64,000 nt of DNA from an uncultured bacterium (GCA_963801165.1 CAWDDT010000010.1:233045-297044); one strand, 5' to 3'. Positions 50,097 through 60,080 are shown, counted from the first letter of the stretch. The notes: generated by a model from the sequence alone, not told the origin. Numbers and translations: made by a program.

Positions 50097-51013
50097 CTGC
50101 GATCGCCGTCCTCGGACCAACAGCCGCCGGGAAATCGGATGTCGCCATCGAGATCGCTCGCCGCTGCGGTGGCGAGGTGGTGTCGGTCGACTCGATGCAG
50201 GTCTATCGCGGAATGGACATCGGGACGGCCAAAGCAAGTGCCGAGATGCAGGCCGACGTCGCCCACCACCTGATTGACGTGTGCGAGCCGGAGGACGACC
50301 TGACGGTTGCCGAGTTTCAGACGCTGGGGCGGGCGGTGCTGGAGGATCTGGAGGAGTCGGGCGCTGTGCCGGTCATCTGCGGTGGATCGGGTCTCCACTT
50401 TCGTTCGCTGGTCGACCCGCTGCGGTTCCCGCCCAGCGATCCCGAGCGGCGGGCTGAGCTCGAGCTTCTTGCCGAACATGACGCGAGAGAACGTCTGCTC
50501 AGGATCGATCCCGACGCGGCCACATGGGTGGATCTGGCGAATCCGAGGAGGGTGGTGAGGGCGTTGGAGGTGGCGCTGCTGACCGGCGAGACTCCGTCGT
50601 CTCGGGCGGGCTCTGGCGAGTCGGAGGCAATCCGAACCTACCAACCGGAGGTCGACTTCGTGGCCATCGGGCTTGATCCGGGCGTTGAGTTGGCGGAGAG
50701 GGTAGAGCAGCGGTTCGACGGTATGCTCGCCGCCGGTCTGGTGGATGAGGTCGAGAAGCTGAGAGACAGACTAGGTCGCCAGGCCGGACAGGCGGTCGGC
50801 TACAAGCAACTCATCCCTGTCGTTGACGGAACCGAGGGTCTCGAGTCGGCAAGACAGGCGGCCATCCAGGCGACGCGCTCGCTGGCCAAGCGACAAAGGA
50901 CCTTCTTTCGTAGAGATCCGCGCATCGTGTGGTTACCCTGGCAGCCTGATCCGGTGCAGCGCGCCGGAAGGGCGATCGCAGAGTTGAACGGGCGTCTCCA
51001 ATGGAATTCGTGA
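50093..51013 (+). CDS. miaA: tRNA dimethylallyltransferase
   Basis: GPTAAGKS P-loop upstream of the first canonical start, DSMQVYRGMDIGTAK, AKRQRTFF; CTG start overlapping miaB TGA. Confidence 0.93.
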   Translation: MTAIAVLGPTAAGKSDVAIEIARRCGGEVVSVDSMQVYRGMDIGTAKASAEMQADVAHHLIDVCEPEDDLTVAEFQTLGRAVLEDLEESGAVPVICGGSGLHFRSLVDPLRFPPSDPERRAELELLAEHDARERLLRIDPDAATWVDLANPRRVVRALEVALLTGETPSSRAGSGESEAIRTYQPEVDFVAIGLDPGVELAERVEQRFDGMLAAGLVDEVEKLRDRLGRQAGQAVGYKQLIPVVDGTEGLESARQAAIQATRSLAKRQRTFFRRDPRIVWLPWQPDPVQRAGRAIAELNGRLQWNS

Positions 51014-51750
51014 AGATGCAAGGGCTCGGAAACGATTTCGTGGTCGTCGCCGGCCCCCTACAACTGAACGCCGAGCAGATCAGGACCTGGTGCGATCGGC
51101 GGAGGGGCATCGGGGCCGACGGCGTGCTCGAGGTCACTCCGATCGACCCGTGGTCGGTGCGGATGCGCTATTGGAATGCAGACGGGAGCCTGGCCGAGAT
51201 ATGCGGCAACGGCCTTCGCTGCGTCGCCCGCTACGCCGCAGACCGCGGCTGGGTGGAAGAGGACTCGTTTGTCGTGGAAACCTCAGTCGGTCCGCGCCCG
51301 GTCGAGCTGCAGCCGGACGGCACGGTCCGTGCCTACCTCGGGAAGGCCGAACAGGGCGATGATGTGGCGGTCAACGACCTCACGATGCACACGGTGAATC
51401 TGGGCAATCCCCATGCCATCCAGTGGGTCGCCGACTCGCAGCAGGCACCGGTGACGACCGTGGGCCCGGTGATCGAAACGGCCGCGGTCTTCCCCAGAGG
51501 TACCAATGCCGAGTTCGCCCACCTGGCCGGGACCGACTTGATCGAGCTGCGTGTTTGGGAGAGGGGAGTGGGGGAGACCCTGGCCTGCGGGACCGGAGCT
51601 GCGGCGACCGCTTACCTGGCTCACCGCCAGGGCAAGGTGGGGTCGGAAGTGACCATACAGCTGCTCGGTGGAGCGCTGACGGTGACCATCGACGACGACG
51701 AGGTGTGGATCGAGGGTCCCGCCGTGACCGTATTTGCCGGGACGGTCTGA
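51001..51750 (+). CDS. dapF: Diaminopimelate epimerase
   Basis: GLGNDF, CGNGLRC, GNPH, ERGVGETLACGTG. Confidence 0.95.
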   Translation: MEFVKMQGLGNDFVVVAGPLQLNAEQIRTWCDRRRGIGADGVLEVTPIDPWSVRMRYWNADGSLAEICGNGLRCVARYAADRGWVEEDSFVVETSVGPRPVELQPDGTVRAYLGKAEQGDDVAVNDLTMHTVNLGNPHAIQWVADSQQAPVTTVGPVIETAAVFPRGTNAEFAHLAGTDLIELRVWERGVGETLACGTGAAATAYLAHRQGKVGSEVTIQLLGGALTVTIDDDEVWIEGPAVTVFAGTV

Positions 51751-51757
51751 GCGGCGG

Positions 51758-52390
51758 CTATTGCACTCGGCGCAACAGCGCCACCACGACACCGAGGATC
51801 TCGACGCCGTCGCTGAAAACCATGGGCGGGTAGGCCGGGTTCTCGGCCTTGAGAACGACCCGGCCGTCGAGTCGCCGTATGCGCTTGACAGTTGCCTCTT
51901 CACCGTCGATGAGGGCGGCGACGATCGTTCCGTCCGCCGCCGTGCTCTGCTTTCGGATCACGACGTAGTCGCCGTCGAAGATCCCGGCATCGATCATGGA
52001 GTCGCCCTTGATCTCGAGCATGAACACGGGGTCATCGCCGACGAGTTCGACGGGGAGCGGGTAGATCTCGTCGATGTCCTCCGCGGCCAGGATGGGTGAG
52101 CCGGCGGCGATACGGCCAACCTTGGGTACGTCCCGGATGGGAGCACGATGCAGTGACCGCACGTCGTCACCGGGGTCGATCACCTCGATGGCGCGGGGTT
52201 TGCTCGGGTCGCGCCGGAGATAGCCGGCCTTCACGAGAGTCGAAAGGTGGCTGTGAACCGTGGATGGTGAGCTGAGACCGACCGACTCACCGATCTCCCG
52301 CACCGACGGTGGATAGCCGCGCTCGGCGACCGTCTGGAGGATGAGATCGAGGATCTCTCGCTGGCGGGCCGATAGCTTCTTGCGCTCCAT
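51758..52390 (-). CDS. lexA: SOS repressor LexA
   Basis: GYPPSVREI, IAAGSP, GDSM, ATVK. Confidence 0.95.
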   Translation of the reverse strand: MERKKLSARQREILDLILQTVAERGYPPSVREIGESVGLSSPSTVHSHLSTLVKAGYLRRDPSKPRAIEVIDPGDDVRSLHRAPIRDVPKVGRIAAGSPILAAEDIDEIYPLPVELVGDDPVFMLEIKGDSMIDAGIFDGDYVVIRKQSTAADGTIVAALIDGEEATVKRIRRLDGRVVLKAENPAYPPMVFSDGVEILGVVVALLRRVQ

Positions 52391-52444
52391 GTCGAGTTGC
52401 CTTTCTCGCGACACGCCGACCTTAGCCAGGATTTCGCGAGAAGC

Positions 52445-52512
52445 CAAACATATGTTCGACTTGACAGTCGAACGCCTGTTCGTTTATCGTGATTTGTACG
52501 AACAGATGTTCG
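52445..52512. promoter_or_regulatory. Three SOS boxes and a sigma-70 promoter between lexA and the LysM gene
   Basis: CAAAC-N4-GTTCG 52445, CGAAC-N4-GTTCG 52469 and 52499; TTGACA 52461, 18 nt, TATCGT 52485. Confidence 0.9.
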
Positions 52513-52671
52513 CCATCCGGATCGGAAGACACCGTCAACGGACCGGGACACGAGAGAAAACGTGTCACACCCAGGCGATACGGTCTGTTGAGAGGCCCGG
52601 GAGACCGGGCCGCCGGTCAGAGGTTCCGGCTGGGGCCCGGCCGGGGACGGAAAGGACGAAGGAGAAACGCG

Positions 52672-52959
52672 ATGCCACGATATTTGACCACTCCATCTCG
52701 GTTCCTGGTCATCATCTCCACATTCGTGGTGGCGCTGGTGCTCCTACTTTCCTCCTCGGTCCGGGCGGCGGGGCCGGAACCGACGACCGTCGACTATCGA
52801 GTGCGGTCCGGCGACACGCTGTGGAATATCGCCGCCGTCGTTGCGCCGGACGGCGACGTGCGTGACATTGTCGCCGAGATCAAGCACCTGAACGACCTCG
52901 ACACGAGCCTCATCAAGCCCGGACAGGTGCTGGTGGTACCGGGCGACAGCGAAGTCTGA
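52672..52959 (+). CDS. TM-LysM protein, ChiZ/YneA-like SOS division inhibitor
   Basis: One TM helix, YRVRSGDTLWNIA...IKPGQVLVVP, divergent from lexA. Confidence 0.85.
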   Translation: MPRYLTTPSRFLVIISTFVVALVLLLSSSVRAAGPEPTTVDYRVRSGDTLWNIAAVVAPDGDVRDIVAEIKHLNDLDTSLIKPGQVLVVPGDSEV

Positions 52960-53020
52960 TCAAGCCTCAGCTACGTCGCGGGTCCGCACAAGGCTGTTGC
53001 GCTGGTACTCTCGTCGGGCA

Positions 53021-53473
53021 ATGCACTGCCAGATGTGCGATTCCGAAGATACGAAAGTCATAGACAGCCGCTCCGCTGAGGAGGGCATGTCGATTCGTCG
53101 CCGCCGCGAATGTATCTATTGCGGGCACAGGTTCACCACGTTCGAGCGCCCGGCGTACGAGCAGATGGTGCGCAAGCGTGATGGCCGCCTCGAGCCGTTC
53201 TCGGCTAACAAGGTGAGAATCGGCATCGAACAGGCGCTTGCGGACAGCCCGGTACCAGCCGGGCTGGTCGAGGCGCTGGTTCTGGAAACCGAGAGCCTGT
53301 TCTCACCGAAGACACCTGTAGTGCCTGCCGCCGACATCGGCGACACGGTGCTCGAGGGGCTGCGGGCTGCCGACGAGGTCGCCTATCTACGGTTTGCGTC
53401 CGTATACAAGGACTTCACAGGGGCCGGCGATTTCGAGCGGGAGATGGCCAGCCTCGAGGACAGGAACCGCTGA
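53021..53473 (+). CDS. nrdR: Transcriptional repressor NrdR
   Basis: CQMC, RRRREC, RFTTFE, VAYLRFASVY. Confidence 0.95.
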   Translation: MHCQMCDSEDTKVIDSRSAEEGMSIRRRRECIYCGHRFTTFERPAYEQMVRKRDGRLEPFSANKVRIGIEQALADSPVPAGLVEALVLETESLFSPKTPVVPAADIGDTVLEGLRAADEVAYLRFASVYKDFTGAGDFEREMASLEDRNR

Positions 53474-53575
53474 GCGGGTGGGCTGATAAAACCGCCGGGC
53501 TCCGCGGTTGTCGAGCATCGGCCTTTGGGCCCGGCCCCACGGTCTCTCATCCCGTCATCGCCTTCGAACCGCCAA

Positions 53576-53662
53576 CGTCGGCGACGCCGACGCCACTTCT
53601 CCCGCAGGGAGAAGGATCATCCTCCCTCTGGGAGGATCGACCGGCCCGAAGGGCCAGGTCGA
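53576..53662. repeat. Cluster of four short hairpins, REP-like
   Basis: Palindromes at 53576-53592, 53596-53614, 53619-53637 and 53637-53662. Confidence 0.6.
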
Positions 53663-53776
53663 GGAGCGCCTTGCGAATCGGTCCAGATGCCCAGAAAGAT
53701 TGCAGCCGAGATCGCGGCTCGACCCAGGGGAGGGGCACAGCCGGCGGCGGTCGGCTCGAGAAGTCGCGGCTCCCGC

Positions 53777-55255
53777 CTATGGGGCGGGTTCTTCGCCGGT
53801 GGCGAGCGCAACCACCTCGTCTATCGAGCTGGCGAGGTCGATCAGATCAGCGTCGGTCTGACGACGAATCTGCGCAAGGGGCGTCACCAGAGCCGCATCG
53901 AGCTGCTCGATGTCATAGCGGATATCACCGATGAGAGCCTCAGCAGCCACCGTGTCCTGCGTCCGCAAGGCCTCCACGTAATCCACCTGCCAGGTGGCGA
54001 ACGTCTTGTTCAGCTCCAGCGCCCGGGCACGATGCTCTGATAGGGAAACATCGTCCGGGAGTTCGGAGAGGATCGAAGCGGACTCCGCCTGAGCCGAGGC
54101 GAGCGCCACCCGCAGATCAGCTTGTGTCGCATCGTCGGCGGACGTGGGCAGGTCCGGGAGAGTGAGGAAATCCTGCATCAGGGTGCGGTACTGGACGAGG
54201 TTGGCGATTCGCTGCTGGATCGTCAGCGCGGTGGTCGCCAGCGGTTCGAGACGTTGCTGGATCGGGGCGAGCTCATCAATCGGCGCCGAAGAGGTGAAAG
54301 GGAGCGTGCTGGGGAGCGGTTCCCGACCGGCATGATCCACTCCCGTGGCCTTGGCGCTTAGCGAGGTGAGTTGTGTGGAGAGGTTGTTGAGCGCAGTGAC
54401 GGTCGAGGTGGGCTCGGTCGCGACAGCAAGGGAGTCCTGGGTGTCGGGGAGCTCGGCACGCAAACCGTGTAGGGCCTCCACCATCATCGCCCGGTGGGCG
54501 TCGGCACGATTCCTGGTGATGGACGGCAGAAGCACCAGCCCAACTATCACGAGAGCCAGGACCGCGATGGTCGCCACCACCGACGTCCATCGGAAGCTTC
54601 GCGACAAGGACATGGTGCTGTCCATGTCATCGGGTACCCATCCCTCGATCGGACCCTCAGAAGCGTGAGCCGTCCATAGCTGGCCGACCATCTCGGCCGA
54701 TCGCTCGCTCGGCGATTGATGCGGCTCGTCCTCCGACTCGGGCTGCTCGTCGCCCGGCTCGAGCTCCTCGTCCGCTGCGACGGGCTCATGGTCCTCGAGC
54801 ACGACGTCATCCGGAGCCACGGATAGTTCTGCTGCTTCCGTGACGGGCGATACCGGCTCGGCTACGAAAGCAGCCTCGGGTGCATCGTCAGTCTCCGGGG
54901 CTGACACGGTCTCTTCTTCCTCCGGGGCGATGAGGAACGGCGTGGGTTCGTCCAAGCCGTCGAGCGTGTCTTCCCTGGGCTCCGTGTCGGCTCCCATCGC
55001 CTCCGTGAAACCCGGCTCGGTGGTGTCAGCTGGTTCGGCTTCTTGCCCTGGATACTCATCATCCAGCTCCTGAGTCGGCTGGTGGACAACAGGCTCAGGA
55101 GGCTCGGCATCGGGCAGTTGGTCGACGCGGACGAGTTCGGAGGTGTCGGCATCGGTGGTGTCTGCGTGCCCTGTTACGGGCTGCGGCGGCGACTCTTCCT
55201 CCAGCAATGCCCGATACCAGGAGGCATCGTTACCGGGGAGTTCGGTTGTTTCCAC
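53777..55255 (-). CDS. Hypothetical bitopic membrane protein
   Basis: Acidic low-complexity N-terminus, one TM helix, helical C-terminal domain; start placed at GTG to avoid overlap with dut. Confidence 0.7.
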   Translation of the reverse strand: METTELPGNDASWYRALLEEESPPQPVTGHADTTDADTSELVRVDQLPDAEPPEPVVHQPTQELDDEYPGQEAEPADTTEPGFTEAMGADTEPREDTLDGLDEPTPFLIAPEEEETVSAPETDDAPEAAFVAEPVSPVTEAAELSVAPDDVVLEDHEPVAADEELEPGDEQPESEDEPHQSPSERSAEMVGQLWTAHASEGPIEGWVPDDMDSTMSLSRSFRWTSVVATIAVLALVIVGLVLLPSITRNRADAHRAMMVEALHGLRAELPDTQDSLAVATEPTSTVTALNNLSTQLTSLSAKATGVDHAGREPLPSTLPFTSSAPIDELAPIQQRLEPLATTALTIQQRIANLVQYRTLMQDFLTLPDLPTSADDATQADLRVALASAQAESASILSELPDDVSLSEHRARALELNKTFATWQVDYVEALRTQDTVAAEALIGDIRYDIEQLDAALVTPLAQIRRQTDADLIDLASSIDEVVALATGEEPAP

Positions 55256-55311
55256 CCTGTCCAAAACCCTGCCCTTGCTGCTCGAGACCTGTACGACCAC
55301 AATCGTCGGGA

Positions 55312-55740
55312 ATGAAGATACCTTTCTTGCGGCTCGATCCCGAACTTCCCATCCCGACATCGGCCCACGACGGAGACGCCGGGGTTGATCTGCACGCACG
55401 GACAGACGTCGTTCTCGCCCCGGGTGCGTGGCAGATGGTGCCCACCGGTATCGCGGTCGCCATACCCGAGGGGCACACCGGACTGGTGGCTCCCCGGAGC
55501 GGTCTGGCGGCACGCCACGGTCTCAGTGTCGTCAACGGTCCCGGTGTCGTCGACGCCGGCTACCGAGGCGAGATCAACGTGATCTTGATCAACCACGGTG
55601 GCGAGGAGGTGCGGTTGAGCCGTGGTGAGCGTATTGCCCAACTCGTTGTCGTGCCCATCGTCCAGACTGAGTTGCACGAGGTCGTCGCATTGCCGGACTC
55701 AGACCGGGGCGCAGGAGGATTCGGCTCGACCGGGACCTGA
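55312..55740 (+). CDS. dut: dUTP diphosphatase
   Basis: [31 protein letters not shown]. Confidence 0.95.
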   Translation: MKIPFLRLDPELPIPTSAHDGDAGVDLHARTDVVLAPGAWQMVPTGIAVAIPEGHTGLVAPRSGLAARHGLSVVNGPGVVDAGYRGEINVILINHGGEEVRLSRGERIAQLVVVPIVQTELHEVVALPDSDRGAGGFGSTGT

Positions 55741-55802
55741 GATATGCTGGCGGTGTGGCCAACTTCTCCAGAAACGGCGAGGTGGTAACATCGCCGCTAC
55801 TC

Positions 55803-55875
55803 GCGGACGTAGCTCAGTTGGTAGAGCGCAACCTTGCCAAGGTTGAGGTCGCCGGTTCGAGCCCGGTCGTCCGCT
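55803..55875 (+). tRNA. tRNA-Gly(GCC)
   Basis: Cloverleaf, acceptor GCGGACG/CGTCCGC, anticodon GCC, no encoded CCA. Confidence 0.97.
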
Positions 55876-55912
55876 CGGAACAGGGCGGTCACCCAGACCG
55901 CCCTTGATTTTC

Positions 55913-55983
55913 GGCGACGTGGCCGAGTGGTTAGGCAAGGGTCTGCAAAACCCTGTACTCGGGTTCGATTCCCGACGTCGCCT
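55913..55983 (+). tRNA. tRNA-Cys(GCA)
   Basis: Acceptor GGCGACG/CGTCGCC, anticodon GCA. Confidence 0.97.
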
Positions 55984-56010
55984 CGGGCGATACAATGCCA
56001 GCCACAACAA

Positions 56011-56082
56011 GGGCGCTTAGCTCAGCGGGAGAGCGCTGCCTCGACACGGCAGAGGTCACTGGTTCAATCCCAGTAGCGCCCA
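56011..56082 (+). tRNA. tRNA-Val(GAC)
   Basis: Acceptor GGGCGCT/AGCGCCC, anticodon arm CTGCC-TCGACAC-GGCAG. Confidence 0.95.
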
Positions 56083-56087
56083 CAACA

Positions 56088-56115
56088 AGAATCCCCCGCA
56101 TTTGCGGGGGATTCT
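56088..56115 (+). terminator. Intrinsic terminator hairpin after the tRNA cluster
   Basis: AGAATCCCCCGC-attt-GCGGGGGATTCT. Confidence 0.8.
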
Positions 56116-56933
56116 GCGGTTTACGACCCGAGGCCGTTGACGCGTAGGCGTCGGTTATCTGTCTGGGGGTGTCCAGATGGCCCCGTCCGGTGGGGTCGGG
56201 TTGGACTCGTTGGGGGAGCTGACGCCACCCCAGACAACGAGGTGGTCACCGGTCCACACGGCGTTGGGGGACTGTAACCCGGCGAGGGGTCCGCCGGTGT
56301 GTTGGGCCCATACTCCAGAGGGGACGTGGATTGTGATCGGGGCCTGATTCGGCATGAACAGGAGAATCCAGTCAGACGCCGAGGCCACGGTCACTGTGGC
56401 GAAGTCGTCGATGCTCATGTCCAAGTCGTGCCATGTCCAGGACCCGTCGTGGTAGCGAGCCATGGAGATACTGGAGTTGCCGTCGGTGAGGACCTCGGCG
56501 ATGGCGACGAGGTCGGAGTCGGCGACGGTAGCTTTGCTGACGGAAATGACACCGGTCGGCGGCGACGGCGCGGGCAACTGTTGCCACAACTCGGTTGCCG
56601 GGTTGAAGGTGAGCCCGCCGCCATCGGGATCCCAGAGAACGATCTCGGATCCGGTCCACAACACCGGTTGGTCAAGGGTCAACAGGTCTGACAGGAGCGA
56701 TCCGCTTTCCGGTGTGCCTTCGAAGACCGGACCGTAGATCCACCGGTTGCCTTGCGGATCGAATCTGAGCGATCGCCACGTCGGGTTGCCCTTCGGGGTT
56801 GGAGGCGGCTGGTCCGAGGCCCCACACGGCCTTATCGGTAGCCACCGTGGCTTCGAGCCACATCCCCTCCACCTGGGGTAGGTCGGTCCAGGTGCCGTCG
56901 GTTGGATCGAACCGGGTGCCGCCGCCCTTGGGC

Positions 56934-58352
56934 GGGCCTGTCAGATGCTTTGTGTAAGTGGGGTGGCCTGACATAGTGGCCCTGGACGCGGGTGGCGTTT
57001 GGGGTCTGTGGAAGGACCCACTGATGATGATTGACAAGGACGAGGCGACGGAGGTGGCGAAGGCTGCTGCGACTCCGCTGGTGTCGGCTGAGGTGTTGGA
57101 CGAGTTGATGGCTCGGGTCAATGATGAAGGAGCCGAGCTGTTGGGCCCTGAGGGGCTGTTGTCGCAGGTGACCAAGGCGGTGTTGGAACGGGCTTTGGAT
57201 GAGGAACTGACTGGCGAGTTGGGTTATGAGAAGCATGACCCGGCGGGTCGGGGTTCTGGTAACTCGCGGAACGGCACCAGTTCGAAGACGGTGTTGACCG
57301 ATATCGGTGCTATCGATTTGGAGATACCTCGGGATCGGAACGGCGATTTCGAACCGAAGATCGTCCCTAAGGGCACGACCAGGTTGAAGGGCTTCAATGA
57401 GCGGATCATTGCGTTGTATGCCCGAGGGATGACGGTTCGTGATATCCGTTCTCATCTCGCAGAGATCTACGGGGTTGACGTGTCACCGGATCTGATCTCG
57501 AAAGTCACCGACGCTGTGTGGGATGAACTCGAATCCTGGCGCAACCGGCCGCTGGATGCGGTGTATCCGATTGTCTATATCGACGCTCTGAACATCAAGA
57601 TCCGAGACGGGATCGTCCAGAACCGCCCGGCCTATCTGGCCGTCGGAGTTGATTTGGAGGGCCGCAAACACGTCCTTGGGATCTGGATCGGCGACTCGAA
57701 CGGTGAAGGCGCCAAGTTTTGGCTCAAAGTGCTTTCCGAACTCAAGAACCGCGGCGTCAACGACGTGTTGATCGTCGCCTGTGACGGTCTCAAGGGTCTC
57801 CCCGAATCGATCGAAACCGTGTGGCCACAAGCAGTGATCCAGACATGTGTCGTGCATCTGCTGCGAGGTTCGTTCCGATACGCCTCATACAAAGACCGCA
57901 AGAAGATCGCCACCGCGCTCCGGCCGGTCTACCAGGCGACATCAAAGGAAGCCGCCGTCGAGGCGCTCGGCAACTTCGAAGACGATTACGGGACAAAGTA
58001 TCCCGCCATCGTCAAGTTGTGGCGGGACGCTTGGGAAGAGTTCACCCCCTTCTTGGACTATCCGCCGGAGATCCGCCGAGTGGTTTACACCACCAACATG
58101 ATCGAATCGATCAACTACCAGCTACGGAAGGTCACCAAGAACCGGGGGCACTTCCCCACCGAGAAAGCAGCCCTCAAACTGCTTTATCTCGCGGTGCGTA
58201 ACATCACTACCAACAGAGGAGGTGACACCGGCACAGGAACATGGGGATGGAGCAAGTGCCTCAACGCACTCGCCATCTACTTCCCCGGACGATTCACCAT
58301 CGTCTAACCAAAACCGAATGCCACCCACTTACACAAACGTGCTGACACCCCC
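56934..58352 (+). mobile_element. IS256-family insertion sequence
   Basis: Imperfect TIRs GGGCCTGTCAGATGCTTTGTGTAAGTGGG and reverse-complement GGGGGTGTCAGCACGTTTGTGTAAGTGGG; flanks CCCTTGGGC and CCCTTGGC. Confidence 0.9.
57024..58307 (+). CDS. IS256-family transposase
   Basis: PRDRNGDFEP, YIDAL, ACDGLKG, QTCVVH, YTTNMIES. Confidence 0.95.
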   Translation: MMIDKDEATEVAKAAATPLVSAEVLDELMARVNDEGAELLGPEGLLSQVTKAVLERALDEELTGELGYEKHDPAGRGSGNSRNGTSSKTVLTDIGAIDLEIPRDRNGDFEPKIVPKGTTRLKGFNERIIALYARGMTVRDIRSHLAEIYGVDVSPDLISKVTDAVWDELESWRNRPLDAVYPIVYIDALNIKIRDGIVQNRPAYLAVGVDLEGRKHVLGIWIGDSNGEGAKFWLKVLSELKNRGVNDVLIVACDGLKGLPESIETVWPQAVIQTCVVHLLRGSFRYASYKDRKKIATALRPVYQATSKEAAVEALGNFEDDYGTKYPAIVKLWRDAWEEFTPFLDYPPEIRRVVYTTNMIESINYQLRKVTKNRGHFPTEKAALKLLYLAVRNITTNRGGDTGTGTWGWSKCLNALAIYFPGRFTIV

Positions 58353-58821
58353 CCCTTGGCAAGCGCATACAGCCCGCCATCGAAGAACACGCCGGTTAGC
58401 CCAGGGTGGCCCCATCCGGGGACCGGGATGCTGCGCCAGGTATTGGTTGGGGGGTCGTAGGCGGCACCGTCGGTGTAGGCGAAGTCGCGGTCGAGGTTTG
58501 ATCCTGCCCAAAACACCGCCTCGGTACCCGACCAGACAGAAACTGCATGTGGGCGCGACGTTATCGGTGCCTGCGCCATTTCCGCCCACGTTCCGAAATT
58601 GTCGGGCGGAGGCGGCTCGCTCGCATCGTCGACCGCATCGGAGCCGCGCAGCCAGAAGGCCGGGATGGCAATCGCAGCGATCAACGCCACAGCGGCCACA
58701 GCTGCGGTGGCAACTCGTACAGCTATCCCACGGGATGGCGGTTGCCACGGCGGCAACCGACGTCGATCTGCGGTCTCGCGGATCTCTCGGCCCGTGGCGG
58801 CAAGTTCGTTGTCAACTGTAT

Positions 58822-59361
58822 TCATAGATTTTCCTCCAGCCGGAGACGGCGGGCCAACGTCGCCCCAGCACGCCGCAGATGGGTGTTGACTGTTTCCTTG
58901 GAGCACCCCAACACCAGCCCGATGTCATCCAAAGTGAGATCCTCGACGTACCTAAGAGCAACGACCTGGACCTGACGCTTCGGAAGCCGGCGGACTTCCT
59001 CCCAGACGTGATCGGCATTCTCGGAGACCTCAACAGACGCCTGTGCCTCTCGTCGACCGGCCAAACGAGCCAGCGCCTTCAACTCGGACGCACGGCGGCG
59101 ATATCTCGACACGGCACGATTCAGCAAGATCCGCCGCACCCACACTTCAGGATCGTCAAGCCTCTGAATCCGGTCCCAATCCCGATACGCCGCCGTCAAC
59201 GCATCCTGAGCTAACTCCTCTGCGCCGACCCGGCTACCCGACACAGAAAACGCCAACCCCACCAACCGGCGCTGCTGCCTCGCATAGAACCACTCGAGCG
59301 CCTCAAGCCGAATAGACGGTGCATCTCCGGAACCCGCCTCAGCCAACCGTTCACCTCTCAT
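58822..59361 (-). CDS. ECF RNA polymerase sigma factor (SigE-like)
   Basis: AEELAQDAL, WVRRILLN, LPKRQVQVVALRY, TVNTHLRRA; start uncertain. Confidence 0.85.
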   Translation of the reverse strand: MRGERLAEAGSGDAPSIRLEALEWFYARQQRRLVGLAFSVSGSRVGAEELAQDALTAAYRDWDRIQRLDDPEVWVRRILLNRAVSRYRRRASELKALARLAGRREAQASVEVSENADHVWEEVRRLPKRQVQVVALRYVEDLTLDDIGLVLGCSKETVNTHLRRAGATLARRLRLEENL

Positions 59362-59835
59362 ACCAAGTACTCGCACCAGACCGCAACCAGTGTGACACGA
59401 ATCTCATGAACCGGGCGAGAGCAGCCATCCCGGCGATGTAACCAAACCGGACAATGCACCCGCAAGCCACCAATACCACGTGCATATCACTAGATATGCG
59501 TCACGAACGAGTCCTACGTGTGAGCACACTGAGAGGGCCCCGAGATCGATGCCGACGGCCAACTGGAGCGGCCCGGGGGATCGTTACGTACACGGATCGA
59601 CGGGAACCTAGTGTCGGGGCCGCGGGACGGAAGCCTCTACGGCGAAGACATGGGGGAGACGTTCCCGTAGCAAGTGAACATCGCCTCTGACACCCACCAA
59701 TCGCCCCGATCACTGGATAGGTTCCTAGCGGGCGATCATGGTGGCTTCCCGGCTGCGGCCGAAGAGTATCTCGAGCAGATCGACTCGGCGGTGTTGATCT
59801 CACTGGCTACGTAACGCCCTCGTGCGGCGTGAATT

Positions 59836-60080
59836 GTGAGTCTTGGCTACGAAGCGGCCTACCGAGCAGGACCAACGCGAGCACTTTGCCGCTTCTTGTC
59901 TGGCTTGGCCGAGGGCGCCGATGTGTTCGAACTGGCCGAGTCGGTCACAGACCTCCATCGGAAGAACAGCACCTTTCCCGGTGAGGTATTCATGCCGATT
60001 TGGGCTTGCAGACCGCGCGCTATGCGCTGTCGAGTGGGACCTTCTCGATGGGTATGGGTGGGAAGACAACGACTCGGCGA
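59836..60080 (+). pseudogene. Remnant of a hypothetical gene
   Basis: Protein-like segments GADVFELA...HRKNSTFPGEVFM and DLLDGYGW in different frames. Confidence 0.35.

Larger units (their letters stand above)
56155..58825 (-). pseudogene. Membrane-anchored Kelch/beta-propeller protein (putative anti-sigma), interrupted by IS256 and frameshifted
   Basis: 5' part 58353-58825 (TM, VWSGTE, GAAYDPPTNTW) continues below 56933 (KGGGTRFDP); extra base at 56767; VWTG repeats to the stop at 56155. Confidence 0.8.

Noticed and set aside
47390-50237. Long antisense ORFs of 457 and 503 aa (also 27454-29121 and 36810-38120)
   Set aside because: Shadow ORFs opposite well-identified genes, expected at high GC
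59715-59815. GDHGGF peptide resembling a hydrolase C-terminus
   Set aside because: Too short to support; no start or other motifs
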